A stretch of 64,000 nucleotides of DNA, from the NCBI RefSeq assembly GCF_030144855.1, contig NC_082710.1, positions 98,642,001-98,706,000 of the forward strand, read 5' to 3'. Below the pieces are notes generated by a model. It was not told the origin of the DNA. It did not search any database and worked only from the letters and a program-made list of their open reading frames with translations. The stretch is from Hypanus sabinus. Taxonomy: Eukaryota. The position numbers were made by a program, and so were the translations under genes. The first letter of the stretch is position 1. Each line of letters starts with the position of its first letter. Shown piece after piece: positions 38,190 through 51,684 of the stretch.

Positions 38190-38600
38190 TCCCCCGTTTC
38201 CCTCCTATTTCACTTCTTGTTACGGTCTACTCTCCTCCCCTATCAGACTCCTTCTTCTCCAGCCCTTTATCTTTCCAATCCACCTGGCTTCACCTATCAT
38301 CTTCCAGCTGTCCTCCTTCCTCTCCTCCCAACTTTTTGTTCTGGTATCTTCCCCCTTTCTTTCCAGTCCTGAAGAAGGGCCTCGGCCCAAAATGTTGACA
38401 ATTTATTCATTTCCGGAGGTGCTGCCCAAGCTGCTGAGTTCCTCCAGCATTTTGTGTGTGTTGCTTAGGAGCTCAACAGGTTGGGCGGCATCAGTGGATT
38501 GGATTAGACACTCAATATTTTGGGCTAAGACCCTTCACTTATTCCCCTCTGTTGATGCTGCATGACCTGCCGAATACCCCCAGCATTCTGTGTGTGTTAA
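38190..38600 (+). mobile_element. PLE pseudo-LTR followed by an inverted and a second direct pLTR end
   Basis: CTGAAGA-AGGGCCTCGGCCC-AAAATGTT-GAC at 38369-38399. Direct end at 38420-38465, inverted piece at 38466-38540, direct end at 38545-38600. Confidence 0.8.
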
Positions 38601-39529
38601 GATGGGAGCAACTTTTGAGATTGTTTAAAAAATTTACAATGACAACAGAATTAATTATTAATCTGGTGAAATTCTCCATCACCCTTTTAATTCTAATTCT
38701 TGTACAGTAAGAATGAAACCAATACGGATGAGAAATGACATTTATGAGGAATGACATTTATGTAAAAAAACTTTCACAGCTGTTTTTCAGAGTTTTATAC
38801 CCAATGGTGTTCTTAAGACTTAAAATGAATTTATTACTGTAGCTTTGGAACCATATCAAAGAGTTTGCATTTAGCAAACTCAAAAAGTGCAATTCAATAA
38901 TGAACAGTTAAGCTGATTTTGTTTGTGAAGTTCAGGAGCTCCTCAAGTTACAAACACTCAACATATGGACATCCCATGCATATAGTCGAGCATCTGGGAG
39001 ACAGGTGGTCTGGGCAGAAGTGGATTTGCGAGCATCAGTGGGGCTGTAAGGATCTTCTGCCTTCTCTCCCTGACCTTTGAGCCACATCAGCCACGGGCTG
39101 GTTCAAGCTGAGCAGAGTTGAGTGCGGGACAGACTCGATCAGTGACCGACGGTGGAGGCTGTTGGTGTCCTGCTATTCCTGTGCCAGCTTCCTCTACTCT
39201 CTCAGATACTTCTGTTCATTCTGAATGCATAACCAATTTGTGTTACAAACAGCTGCTGGGAATGAAACCCTGTCATAAAGCTGGGGACCTTGATTCCCTG
39301 ACTGAAGACCTGTGACTAGTGAGGTGGCTCGGGGGTCTTTGATGGGACCTCTGTAATTCGGTGATATAGAATATTACAGTATTACAATATTATAGAATGT
39401 AGAATATTATACCACAGTAATGATGTTGTGCTGACCTTTTAACCTACTGTAAAATCAATCTAAGCTTCCGTCCCCAATAGTCCTCCATTTCTTAATCATC
39501 TATGTGCCTACCTAAGAGTCTCATAATTA

Positions 39530-40500
39530 GGCAGATAAATAGTTTATTGCTACGAATGTTAATAACACGATTAGCAAGTTTTCTGACGATACTAAATTAG
39601 GGAGACCTGTTGATTGTGAAGCAGGTTACCATGAAATGCAAAGACCCCATACATATGACAGAGCAGTTTGGGAGTGGGCAAGGGAATGGCAAATAGATTT
39701 CAATTTAGATAAGTGTGACACAATGTGTTTTGGATATTCAGACAAGGGCTGGACCTATGCATTGAGTGGCAGGGCACTAATAAGTGTTGTGTAGTAGAGG
39801 GAGTGGGGAGCATTAGTGCAGAGTTTGCTAAAAGCAGCCCCTCATGTAGTCAGGGTGCTGAAGAAAGTGTTTAGCATGTGGGCCTTCATCAGTCAGGGAA
39901 TCAAGTTTAAGAGTAGGAACATTTTATTGAAGTTATATAACTCATTGGTGTGGATGCATTTGGAGTAGTGTGCACAGTTTTTGGCTTCTTGTTACAGGAA
40001 AGTCATTGTCAACCTGGAGAGGGTGCAGAAACAATTTACAACAATGCTGCCTGGACTAAAGAGCCCGAGTTATAAGGTGGGGGGCGGGGGGTTGGCCATG
40101 TTGAATCATTGTTTCCCAAAGCACAAAAGATTGAGGGGTGACCTCGTGGAAGTTGATAAAGTCTCGAGGGGTATGGATAAAGTGGATGATCAAATTCTTT
40201 TCCCCAGATTTAGGGAGTCCAATACTAAAGGGTCCAATACAAGCTAAGAAGGGAGAGACTTAAAAGAGTCTTGAGAGGTAATTTCTTTACATGGAAGCTA
40301 GTGAGTACTTGGAATGAAATGTCTGATGAGTTTTGAGGCAGGTGCAATTATAACATTTAAGGGGAATTCGGATAGAAACATGAAGGAGTGGGGCTTGGAG
40401 AGGTTATGGGCCAAACATTGAAACTGGGTTTATATAGGACGATGTTAACATACAAGCATGGCTCAGCAGAGCTGAAGAGCCTGTTTATGTGTTGCATTTT
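39530..40500 (+). mobile_element. CR1-clade LINE 3' portion
   Basis: SKFSDDTKL at about 39573-39600. ORF 39981-40247 YRKVIVNLERVQKQFTTMLPGL..RLRGDL. CR1 3' tail. Confidence 0.88.
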
Positions 40501-41384
40501 TCTATCAGTCACTGTATTTCTTGAGTAATATTTATTTTGTAATGAAATGAGTCTCAATATTATATCGGTTTTACATGGTTCAAGGTGTATACAGTGAGAG
40601 TATGGTGTGAGACAGAGGGATTGGGCTTAAATAATATAATAATGTAAACTATCAATATTTGATATAATTCTTCCAACATTTTTTCAATAAATATGATTGA
40701 CAGATAAGTTAGATTATAGCTCTGTATTGGATTTCCTTCAACTCATTTGGTTATTCTGGCAATGTCCAAGGAACATATATTAGAAGCTGGCATTTTCAAA
40801 ACCTTCTGCATAACTGTCATGAAGATTGAAGGAAACTATGTGTGGGGATATCATTCCTATTTCTACCTGGGAGTAGTTGAATTTAAACAGAGCATTTGTT
40901 TTAAATTGTGTTCCCAGTGATCATTACATAACCATGAAGTGACACCAAAATCTTGTTTCCATTTGTTTTAGCTAAGATTGTGTTCGCAGTGCATGAGTTT
41001 ATTACCCAGAGGGATTATTTGGTAAATGTTGTCTTTTCATATAACTCTATCTGTCATTTTTCTATTAAACAGATAGGAAATACAGTAACTATTACGGTAA
41101 CCAGTTCAAACACCAATTTTCTATTTTCTTCCAGTGACTTGCACTCATTATTATCAACTTCAAAGGAACAAGCGAGTGACTGGACTTGGCTATTGTTACA
41201 CCTCACAACCTTTGGCGTTGAATATGACATTCATAAAAATAAGGAAAGGATTTCTTTAATACATTGCCTTTTACAACCTCATGATCCACCACAATATAGT
41301 CCCCATTATGTCCAAGTTGTCTGTTGGTCCATAATAAATAAGAGCTGAAAATGCTGGAAATATGCAGATCAGCTATTCATAGCG

Positions 41385-41860
41385 TCATGGAGCACAGAAG
41401 GAGACCCTTCAACCCATCTAGTCCATGCTAAACAATTATTCTCCCTAATCCCATCAGTCCGCACCTGGACCATAGCCCTCCATAGTCGTCCCTTCCATGT
41501 ACGTATCCAAACTTCTCTGATGCGTTGAAATCAACCTTGCATCCATCACTTCTACTGGCAGCTCATTCCACATTGTCACCGTCCCCTAGGTGAAGAGGTT
41601 CTTCCTTATGTTTCTCTTAAGTATTTCACCTTTCACACTTAACTCATGAACTCTAGTTGTGCACTCACCCAACCTCAGTGGAAAAAGTCTGCTTGCATTT
41701 ACCCTACCTATATCCCTCATAATTTTGTATACCTCTATCAAATCTCCTCTCATTCTCCTATGTTCCAGGGAATAAAGGGCTAACCTTTCAACTTTTCCCT
41801 ATAGGTCAGGTGGTCAAGTCCTAGCAATATCCTTGTAAATTTTCTCAGTATTCTTTGTGA
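41385..41860 (-). mobile_element. CR1-clade LINE 3' fragment
   Basis: Reverse complement of the CR1 3' end (MRGDLIEVYKIMRG-type coding, CR1 tail). Confidence 0.8.
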
Positions 41861-42019
41861 AGAATTGTGGTGAACCAGCAATTAGGTTGATGAACTTTCT
41901 TCAGATAGTTCAGTATCTTTGCGACGGCTTGTGGTTCTGTTTTGGCCATGTATGCTTCCTCAATGCTATTATGTAAAAAAATAATCTGGTAAAGATGAAC
42001 TTCACAATTTATATACATT

Positions 42020-42445
42020 TTTGATGACTCTAGGCCTGTACTATCTGAAGTTCAGACGAATGAGGGACGATCTCATTGAAGCCTACCAAATGTTGAAAGA
42101 CATCAACAGAGTGAATGTGGAGAGGATGTTCCCTATGATGGGGGAGTCTGAGACCAGAGGACACAATCTCAGAATAGAGGGACATCCATTTACAATGGAA
42201 ATATGGAGAAATTTATTTAGTCAGAGAGTGGAGAATCTGTAATTTTTTTTTGCCACAGGCAGCTATAGAGACCAGGTTTTTGGGTATATTTAAGGCAGAG
42301 ATTGATAGTTAGTCAGGGCATGAAGGGATATGGGGAGAAGGCAGGAGACTGGGGGTGAGAGGGAAATGAATCAGCCATGATGAAATGGTGGAGCAGACTT
42401 GATGGGCCAAAAGGCCTAATTCTTCTCCTAACTCTTATGCCTTAT
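42020..42445 (+). mobile_element. CR1-clade LINE 3' fragment
   Basis: LGLYYLKFRRMRDDLIEAYQMLK..FSQRVENL. Tail gggccaaaaggcctaattcttctcctaactcttatg. Confidence 0.88.
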
Positions 42446-44241
42446 ATCATATATAACCCATCTTGATGTATTCTACCAAAAGGAACTTACTTCTGCAACA
42501 AGGCTTCAGCTGGATGCGCAGGGTTGCATGTGTGATGCAATCAACTAGCACTGAATTGATTCCAAACATTACCAATTGAAGAAAAATGAAATTTAATGAT
42601 CTCTGTTTTTGAATGACTTGTATGTATGATAAAAGACAGACGATGGTGCTAGAGGACTTAAAACACATGACACTAAATAAAAGGCACTTCATCAGAGCAC
42701 TCATATGGTGCACATCCAGGCTGTGGTAAATGATAATTGAGCAATGCTCCCCATGTTCAGTGTGAGATTTTTTGGAACTCCAGAGTCCACTATCCGCAGA
42801 AATTGGTTGGGGAGTTAGCACAGGATGCATTTGGCAAGGACCTCAGGCAGCATGGCTGGCTGCCACCAGTCTGTTTTTGGGCAACAAACAAAGAAAATAA
42901 ATGTATAAAGAAAGCCCTTTAATTATGAAGTGGCATCATATTATTTTAACTCTTTAAGTATCATTTCAACACTGAGAAGGTAATAACAAAATTATCTTAG
43001 TAATACACACAATAAATTTTGTGCCAATTTTCTAAGTACTTTGAGAAAGTTGCTGAAAATGAATGGGCAAGTTGGAAAAGCTGATCTATAGCATAGTTGC
43101 TAAGCGTCTAACTGAGGTGCTGGTTCAGTAGCAACCCCTTTGAATAATGTCAAGTCTGAGTCTATTGGAGGGTATGTTTAGCATAGCAACCACTTTCCTC
43201 CCTTTATTCTAGACTTCTGCTATCTTAGACAATGAATCAGTTCTGGCCTCAAACTATGAATCACACTAGTAACACTGTTTTTTCTAGTTCCTTATTCCTC
43301 CACAACACACCTCTTTACACATCCATATACATAAAACAACCAGGTATACTCTTGTCTCATGTCTGGACCATGGCTTATGATATTGAGTATATGTTGCTGA
43401 CTGATTGTCTGATTTGGTATCTTCCAGATTCACATGCTTTGTGGGCAGTACAGCACATTAAGGTTTTCTGAAGCATCACATTGGCTTCTTACAATGCCTT
43501 ATTGTTTAACCTCACGACCATCAGTGACGTTAAATTGAAAACAGTACATGGTATCCGAATGATATCATTTTAAATAAAATTCCCTTTCTCTCTCAGCAGT
43601 CAGGCACAGTCAATTGGTGCATACTTGTCAGTAGTGACAGACTAATCGGGCACCAAGCTACCTGCTAACTAGTCACTGGCTAGTCACACATTACCAAAAC
43701 TAACTAGTCACACTCAGGGAGATGCAAAGAAGTATTTTAGAGAATGTGAAGCAACTGAGAAAAGCAGTAGAGGGTGCTCTTTCTTATTCTGAGTTGAGAA
43801 GCAACAGGGGAAAAGCTCAGGATGCTAGACCGTGGAACTACCTGCAGCAACTGCCTTTAAAGTATTTGATAATAAGTAATATATTCAAATCCTCAGCAAT
43901 GACGTCTTTAATCTTGAAGTGCTCACCAGAATAAGATTAAAGGAACACTTTTATATATAAAAGAGATGCATAAATAATTTTGCTAACAATAACTTTGTTT
44001 TATTTAAAGAATTATTCCTGTGTTAAGGCAGATAAAAGAAATACCACTACTTAGAATTCCAATTCTTGATGTTGGATATCCTGGAGTGTTCAATTAAATA
44101 CTGAACTTCAATTTCTATTTAACTTGTCAAAACAATTCTTTATCCCTTCTAAATAATCCTCCCATGTTTAATATGTGTCCTCACAAGAATACTGAGATTC
44201 TGAGTTGACATCTATTTCTTCACTTCCACTCCTCTGTACAG

Positions 44242-44331
44242 AAGATGGGCTGTAAGCCGGAAAATGCGGACCTGTGTGGTGCTCAGATTGAATGGGCAAA
44301 AGACAAATCCAGCAGAAAGAATGTGCTTCAG
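44242..44331 (+). CDS. ARHGAP15: Rho GTPase-activating protein 15, next internal coding exon (PH domain), 90 nt, phase 0-0
   Basis: Acceptor cacttccactcctctgtacag, donor CAG|gtagga. Translates KMGCKPENADLCGAQIEWAKDKSSRKNVLQ, matching recalled human ARHGAP15 KTGHKPESVDLCGAHIEWAKEKSSRKNVFQ. Preceding intron is 13,286 nt. Confidence 0.96.
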
Positions 44332-47300
44332 GTAGGACTGATCTTTTTGAGCTTAATTAACATTGTGATCACTTCTACCTCATAAGCACTGTGTATGAAA
44401 GCTGTTGGGTACTGTGAAGCTCTATCAGTTTCTATTTTTGACAATAAAGAGTGTAAGGAAAGATATAAAACTCACTGATGGTGTTGGAAACATATCGATA
44501 TATAGAGAATCTGGTGTATAACATATGTAATAATTCCCTAACAAAACATAGAAACCCTTTCTAGCAATATTGCCATTTCATACATTGCAGCATCTTTGAG
44601 TTGTATTGGATAAGGACAATGATGAGCCAACATTAACTCACTCTTCATTGGAAACAAGTTGCAATGGAGTTACCATGTATACTGACCCTTCAACTCTTTT
44701 TGATACTTGTTTTTAAATAGCATTTTGAGCTTTTATTAATGCTTTATCTTGGTCAGGCTGATGGCCTGTGAATGAGTGGTACTGAAGTTTCTTTAATGGG
44801 TGTAGGCACCCCATCCACATGCCCCCATAATAATTTAACAGCCTACTGCTCTGAATGTGTGGCAAAATTAGGTTTCTTAATTAAAATTGTGAGTGCTGGA
44901 GTTATTTTATTGTGGCCAAGGAAAGCTGAGGTAGTTTAATGTCCCTAAGAATTAACATGGATTGCCGTTTGGGTGTCTCTACTTTCCAATCTATTCTCAA
45001 CATCCTTGTTTGAAACTTGGTGACAGATGTACTTTTCTGCTGGTTGGTTTGGCCTTCAGGCCAGCCTGATGTAGGATTGGACCAGAACCAGTAAGCAACT
45101 TTGGTATGCTAGACTAGGGTGTGTGCAGTAACGTATTAGAAGCATGTTAACAAGCACCCCCCGCAATAAAGGATAAGATATTGGACAATCCACAGATCAA
45201 CTATAAGATTGTTAAGATCACACTCCGTCACTCTCTTAGCTTTTTTAATTTTATCATTCCTATCAATGTATAAGAAGCTATTGATTAATCATTGAACTGC
45301 TTGATTTCATGCAATATTTTTGCCAAGAAAAACACTGTGAAGTAAGAAAATCATTAATGGAATTAGATTGAAACTGTTTTGAGTGATAGTGGTAACTTGC
45401 TCTCCAATGCCTCATTTCTCATCTGGAGAGAATAAACATCAAAGGTTTCCAATGTGAAATCCCCACAAGGATACGCAGACAATGGGTACACACTAACACT
45501 CCTGTTATTTCCACAGATGTGGATTGGGCAATGGTTTAAAATATTTGAGAAATGTGTCTGTACTAGCACATGCATCTCCATATAAAGACAACAAACTGTA
45601 CAGTTCAACAACAAGACAACAGCAACCTCCATAGAGTTGCACTTAATTCAAAGTCTAGATTTTTCAGTTGTCACCATCTTCCATCCTGATACACATTATG
45701 TTTTGCCTAGGCAAATGAGTTAAATAGCTTTTTGTTCAATTTTTTCCAATAAACTTCCAAGCTATCTATTCACTATACAATCCAGAAATCCAGAGAGATC
45801 TATGGAGTTGAATACAAAGCAGTTTTTCCTTTTCGATTCAATGTCAATCACAATTACATGCAGCACATTTATAAAACCGATTTGTCCTTCATTTTGTAGA
45901 TATATATGTTTTATTAGTGACCTCAAGTTTAAAAAATTAATAAAACTACTTTATTAGAATGTTCTATAAAATTCTAGTCCAAGTGTTAGCAAATGCACTG
46001 TTTATTTTCACTACTGCCTGTGGCTAAATACACACATTTCCAAGATTACAGCCAATAATTATCTAACAAGATTGACTGCGAGCTGTTTAGTTTACTTTGA
46101 AGCAGGTTGAATCAACTTAGCTAAAGACAGACTTTATTTACACCCCTCAAATAACATGGGTTTATGACTAACTGCATGCTTAAAATGTTTTCAGTATAAG
46201 ATGGCAGCTCAGTGCTTGTTATTTGGTTTGAAACTTGAGGCGATGAGGATTGGGAAGGATTACTCTATAAACCCAAATAATCCGAAGTGTCATCAGCATA
46301 ACAGTTTATGTAATGACTAAATTAAAGCATACTAAAGGTGGACAATAATGTCAATCAACAGCGGGAGGTTAAGTGCTTCAGGAAATGTGCCATGGTCTGA
46401 CTTCAGTTCCCATGCATCATTCTGTCTGTATAAATGTGCTTCTTGCTATAGGTCTTTGTACATCACTTTGCATGTTTCTTTGCAAGGCTTTGTATATATA
46501 CATGCCTATATATACATACATATATGTATATATACACACATATACTTATATGGTTGATATGTCTGCATGCATGTTTTTCTCTATGCTTGTGTGTAGATGC
46601 AAATTTCTAACATTCTGAATTTCCTGTATCTTTATATATTTTAGCCAGAGTCATGGCTAGTAATCAGACCTGATTTTAAATTTAAAACTGTGCCACATTT
46701 CCTTAATTGAAATGCATTTATTTTATTTCCCATTACAAGCTGATGCAGCACATCTTGGTTGTGCTGCTGGCTACAACGACAAAAAAAAATAATGGTTATG
46801 AAAGCCTATTACTTACAAAATGTTTCAAATGATGTTGTTGGGCTAGACTGCACTTTAAAATCAAGTGCTATTTTGCTGAAGGACGTCAATTTTCTTAATT
46901 CCATCAGTGGGCAATTGCAACTGTTTCAGAGTGAAAAGAGCTGGGCTATGGATTTACATTTCAGTACCTAGCAGTATTATAGAATGGGGGAAAATAATTT
47001 AATTTTAATGTCATTGGCATATTCTTCCAAGTGAGTTTTTGAACACATTATTATCTCACTGTTCAGGGGGTATCCATTCTATTCCGAAAATATGTTTACA
47101 CAAGTATAAAATTCACTCTGCAACATGGAACTTGCTTTGCATTGATAATATTGATAGATAATTCAAGATGAGTTTAGCGAACTCATTTTTAAGCTGATTA
47201 TTCTATATTTAATTAGTAAAATCCTTAACTGTCTCTTTGGACAAGCCCATATGCTCCTTCCACGGGGAAGCTCTGGGTGTGGATCACAATTTTCTCTGTG

Positions 47301-49111
47301 CTTTCTCACAGCTAATCCTGCTTGGTTTGACAGAACTCATGCCTGATGTAAGACAACGTAGACAAAACTGTCCTTTTATGTTCCTGAAGTGAGGCCATCA
47401 ATCTTGGATCACATTTTATTTTAGACCTGATTGATTATGTCCAAGCTGGCAGCATATCAGTATCTTGCATCAGTTAAGTTTGCACTTAAGATACAAGATA
47501 CAGAATTGACAGAGGGCTTCATGGAAGTAGCTTGCACATTTAGCCTTGAAAACAAATAGTGCAATTTTAGCACTGTAACATATTCAGTTTCATGGCATCA
47601 GAAAACATCTTGGATTGGTATGCACTTCTTTAAATATTTGTGCTAAAGGTTAAGCTTTTGGCTTTTTCAGCAAGCCAATTGCATTAATCACTTAAACTTG
47701 GGAAGACTGGTAATTAAAACCTTTTCTCAAGTTCCTCATCCTTCATATTGTACAAATGTTGTTTTCTAACAACACTATTGTTAGCACAAAACTATCTATA
47801 CTTTGTGCCAGTAGAGAAAGGAAATGCTTGATCTCCATCTCTCTTGGTAATGTGCTTGGAGATGTTTTTACTGGTAGAAACAGCAGAGCATAGTCCAGAA
47901 TTCTCTGCCCCAATGTAATTTTTTATAGTGTCAGTGTCTATTTCAGTGAAGTAGGCTTGTACTTCTATCGGAGTTTAAATATTTCAATGATTCAAAGATT
48001 CCAAGTACATACATTATCAAACTATACAGCCATGAAACACAAAAAAACATAGAACCCATACAAAGAATTTACATCAACACCCCTCCCTCCACCATGTGCA
48101 AATGGCTTAAAAACAACAAGTGAGGAATATAGAATACAAAACACAAATCAAAAGAGTACAGGCACATTCAGTTCAGCTTGGTGTTCCTTAACTGCAGGCT
48201 GCCCTGATTCAAAATTGCTCAAAATGGTATAAAATTATTCTCATAATAGCTATTAAGTGTTGATCAATTCTTAAATATAATACTAACATTTAACAGTTCT
48301 CAACACAGTTGTCCATTGGTTGTTTATTTGTTTTAATGTTGAATAGTCTTCTTAGAATGAAATTGTAAAACTACAATTCTTGCACTACGTGTTTACAAAA
48401 ATGTCCTTTCAAGAACTAAGCTGGTATCTCAGATGATAATTTTTAGATAGCTTCTGAATTTACCAGTGTGATGTGACATTTTATTGTTCCAGAAAGATCA
48501 ATTAGAAATGCTAAGTAGTTTATTTTAGTGTAATTTCAGAAATCTCATTAAGTCTCAACGTGAAAAGTGGTTTAATCCAAGATTAAACATGAACAACAAT
48601 AAATAAATTGTGTTCTACTTATCATTCTGTAATATTACAGAAGCATTGCAACAGCTATAAGTGGAATTTAAACAAAGGTTATTTGCAGGACTACAATGAA
48701 ATAGATAAGATTTTTTTTGGAAGGACTGTCATAACTCTCAACAATCGGAGTGAATTGATGGCGACTAAAATTTGCAATTATACCTCGCTTGATTCACAGA
48801 CATAACCTGATGCACATAAATAAGCAGGAATCTCATTTCCTTCTTCTTCCATTGCAACCTTTTTATGAATATTCTTTGCAAGGTTGTCACTGCAAGTGAA
48901 GAAGATGCCAGGGAAAATAAGTATATTCTTCAAATGATTTTATTGATAATTTCAAGATGGGTAATTGGCAATGAAGGTTTTTAAAAGAACTTTTAACCAA
49001 TATGGAGTTTTCAGGGACTCATCATCTCATGAATTGAAACACATAGAATTTGCAACAGAGAACCGTGTCCTTTAACCCAGGAGATTAGTGCACCATACAG
49101 AAATTCTTTTA

Positions 49112-49458
49112 ATCATCATCATTATTATGTATCATATGATGTGGGCGATCATGATCTTGACCACAACCGTTCTTGGCAAATGGTTCTACAAAAGTAGCTT
49201 GCCTTTGTCTTCTTCTGGGCAGTCTTTACAAGATGGATGACCTCAGCCACTAACACTACTCTTCAATGTTTGTCTGCCTGGCATCAGTGGTCACAGGACT
49301 TGTGGTATGTACCAGCTGTCCATGTGACCATCCACCGCCTGCCCCATGGCTATGCATGACCCTATTCAGGGATCTAAGCAGGTGCTGGCACCTTGCCCAA
49401 GGGTGACCAACAGGCTAGCGGATGGAAGGAGCACCCTTACACCTCAATTGGTAGAGAA
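49112..49458 (-). mobile_element. Second copy of the RTE-associated SINE-like repeat (slightly 5'-truncated)
   Basis: Reverse-complement homology to 26337-26745. (CAT)n at the left end. Confidence 0.8.
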
Positions 49459-51604
49459 ATTATTTTATCTAACCTTATAATGTATATGTTCATTGGAGCC
49501 TTGCACATTGGGAAGATGAGGAATGAGTACTGCTCCAGACCTGCTGAAATTTCCTCATTAAGCCTCTTTTAACCTTACAAACAGCAGCACAATTGTTTTT
49601 TCCAGTATTGGATTTTAAGAAATTTAGAGCAATTCCATGCTAATTAGAAAATTTCTCTAGTTCTTGGAATAGACTGAAAAATCTGAATAAAATGCATTTT
49701 ACAAGAATATTGCTTGTCAAGAGGATTAAAACATCTGATGGGAATTCTCGTGAAAGTAAAGAAATGTTCAAAGTCTCTTAAAAACTGATTAAATATGTTC
49801 AATGAATTAATACATTAAATACAATACTCCTTAAAATTGTACTCCTTAATTGTACCATAAAATATTATTCAAAAATGTAATTATAAAATTTAAAGAGGAA
49901 TCGATCTATAAAGGAATATGTTTATTCTGAAGCATTGTCAATGTTATCCGAAACTTAAGTGTTTTCTATAAGTTTTAAATTTATTGCTCAATGTTTATGC
50001 TCCAACATGATTGTTGTGGTAAAAGTATTAGGGTGCAAAATTGAAATTTAAAGACCCACTTGATTGGTCTCTTCAGTGAAGTGTGATTGCAATATGATGT
50101 CTCATGCTCACATAGATGTTCATGATCTGAATCATGGATGCTATTATATTGGTAATGCATCCAAAGCATGGTCTAATAAACCAATAGCGAAGTTGCTTAA
50201 CATATAATGTTGATATGATCCCAGGAAACTAATTATGAAGAGGAACATATGTTGGGTAGGATCATCAAGGAGCAACCCTGTGCAGTATCTTTTAGCATCT
50301 TGAGGATTTGCATTCACATATGAATATTTGACATATCTCTCCAAAAGCAAGCATATTTGCTTTTCTTTTCACATCCCTAAAGACTGAATTCAAAATATAG
50401 CTTCAGGAGTCAAGGTGTCACTGCAAATGCATTCAGCTCTCCTTGGTATTACCACCACAGTGCAGAATTATAGACTGCCTTGAAGAAAGTGGAAGCAGAT
50501 TAAATGTTGTAGTTGACTGTTTCTGTCATTAGCTTTTCAAGATCTATACCCTGTGATTTAGCCTTCAAAGATTTGGGATGAGTGGGTGAAGAGTAAGTTT
50601 AAAGCCACTAGGATATTCCTCTTCCTGTGAACCTTTGGCAGTGGCTAAGGTTGTTAGTTTTCCAACTAGTTCTACAGTCAAGCAAGCTTTGAAACAACCT
50701 CTGGTGAGTTTTGATATTGTAGTAGCACAATGTCAGGTAATTTTATGTGACCAACAGATTTCTGAACAAGAAATGAGAGCTAAACTGGAAACTGGAAGCA
50801 TACGGCAACAGAATGAAAGAGCGAGATGCTTTGTTGCAACAAAATTCAATAATTAAACTGCTCTAGATTTTAGGTATAAGATGCTATTGCAAAGTAATAT
50901 TCTTCCTTTATAATTTATATTTTGATTAAAATCAATTAAATTGGTTTTGGTGAGATGATAAATCAGTAATGTATTTGAATGAAGGAAACACAAGGGTAAC
51001 AATTGTTCAGGGTATTCATTAAAAGATCACTTATGAAACCTCAGCATAGGGATAGCATGATGATACATGAGCATATGAAACACTTAAAACTTTAATGTGC
51101 ACAGAATGGATAATTACTGCAGTAAGCAAGAAATCAATCACAGAAACAAGACAGTTGTGATTGTTTCTGGTCATTCATCCATACCTGGAGATGTGATAAC
51201 AGTTCTGTAGGGAAGTGTCCAAGATGTGTCCACTTCATCTTTCCATCTAACAATTAGAAGGTGATGCCCTTGAAGGAACAAATGTGCAATTCTAATTTCT
51301 GAGGAGACTAAACAATCATGCAATAAGACCTGCACAAGTTTGAAGTTTAGACTGATAAATCACAGTAACAATTATGAGACACTCGGATGAGGAAGTAGTC
51401 AACTTAATCAAGAGTGATGTAGTCACAGTCCTTGCTTTGGGATCCTGGGGTTGGAAGCATGAATGGTATGCCTACCCAAGAAAACTGATTAAGTGGTAAA
51501 CAAGGTCTCATATTTGGGAATGTATCGACATACTTTTCCTTCCAATGGATTTGTAATGACAACAATGATGGTATTCCTCCAAAGCCTTAACATATGTTCT
51601 ATAG

Positions 51605-51684
51605 CAGGAGTTCCCAACCTTTTTTATGTGAATGAGCCTAACTATTAGCTGAGAGGTCCAAGGACTGCAGGTTGGAAACCTCTG
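51605..51684. mobile_element. hAT-type MITE (80 bp), same family as 28089-28165
   Basis: TIRs CAGGAGTTCCCAACC / GGTTGGAAACCTCTG. Perfect 8-bp TSD TTCTATAG. Confidence 0.88.

Noticed and set aside
40694-40707. Perfect Pbx-Meis decamer TGATTGACAG overlapping a GATA site
   Set aside because: A single short motif in 64 kb of AT-rich DNA can occur by chance, and no conservation evidence is available.
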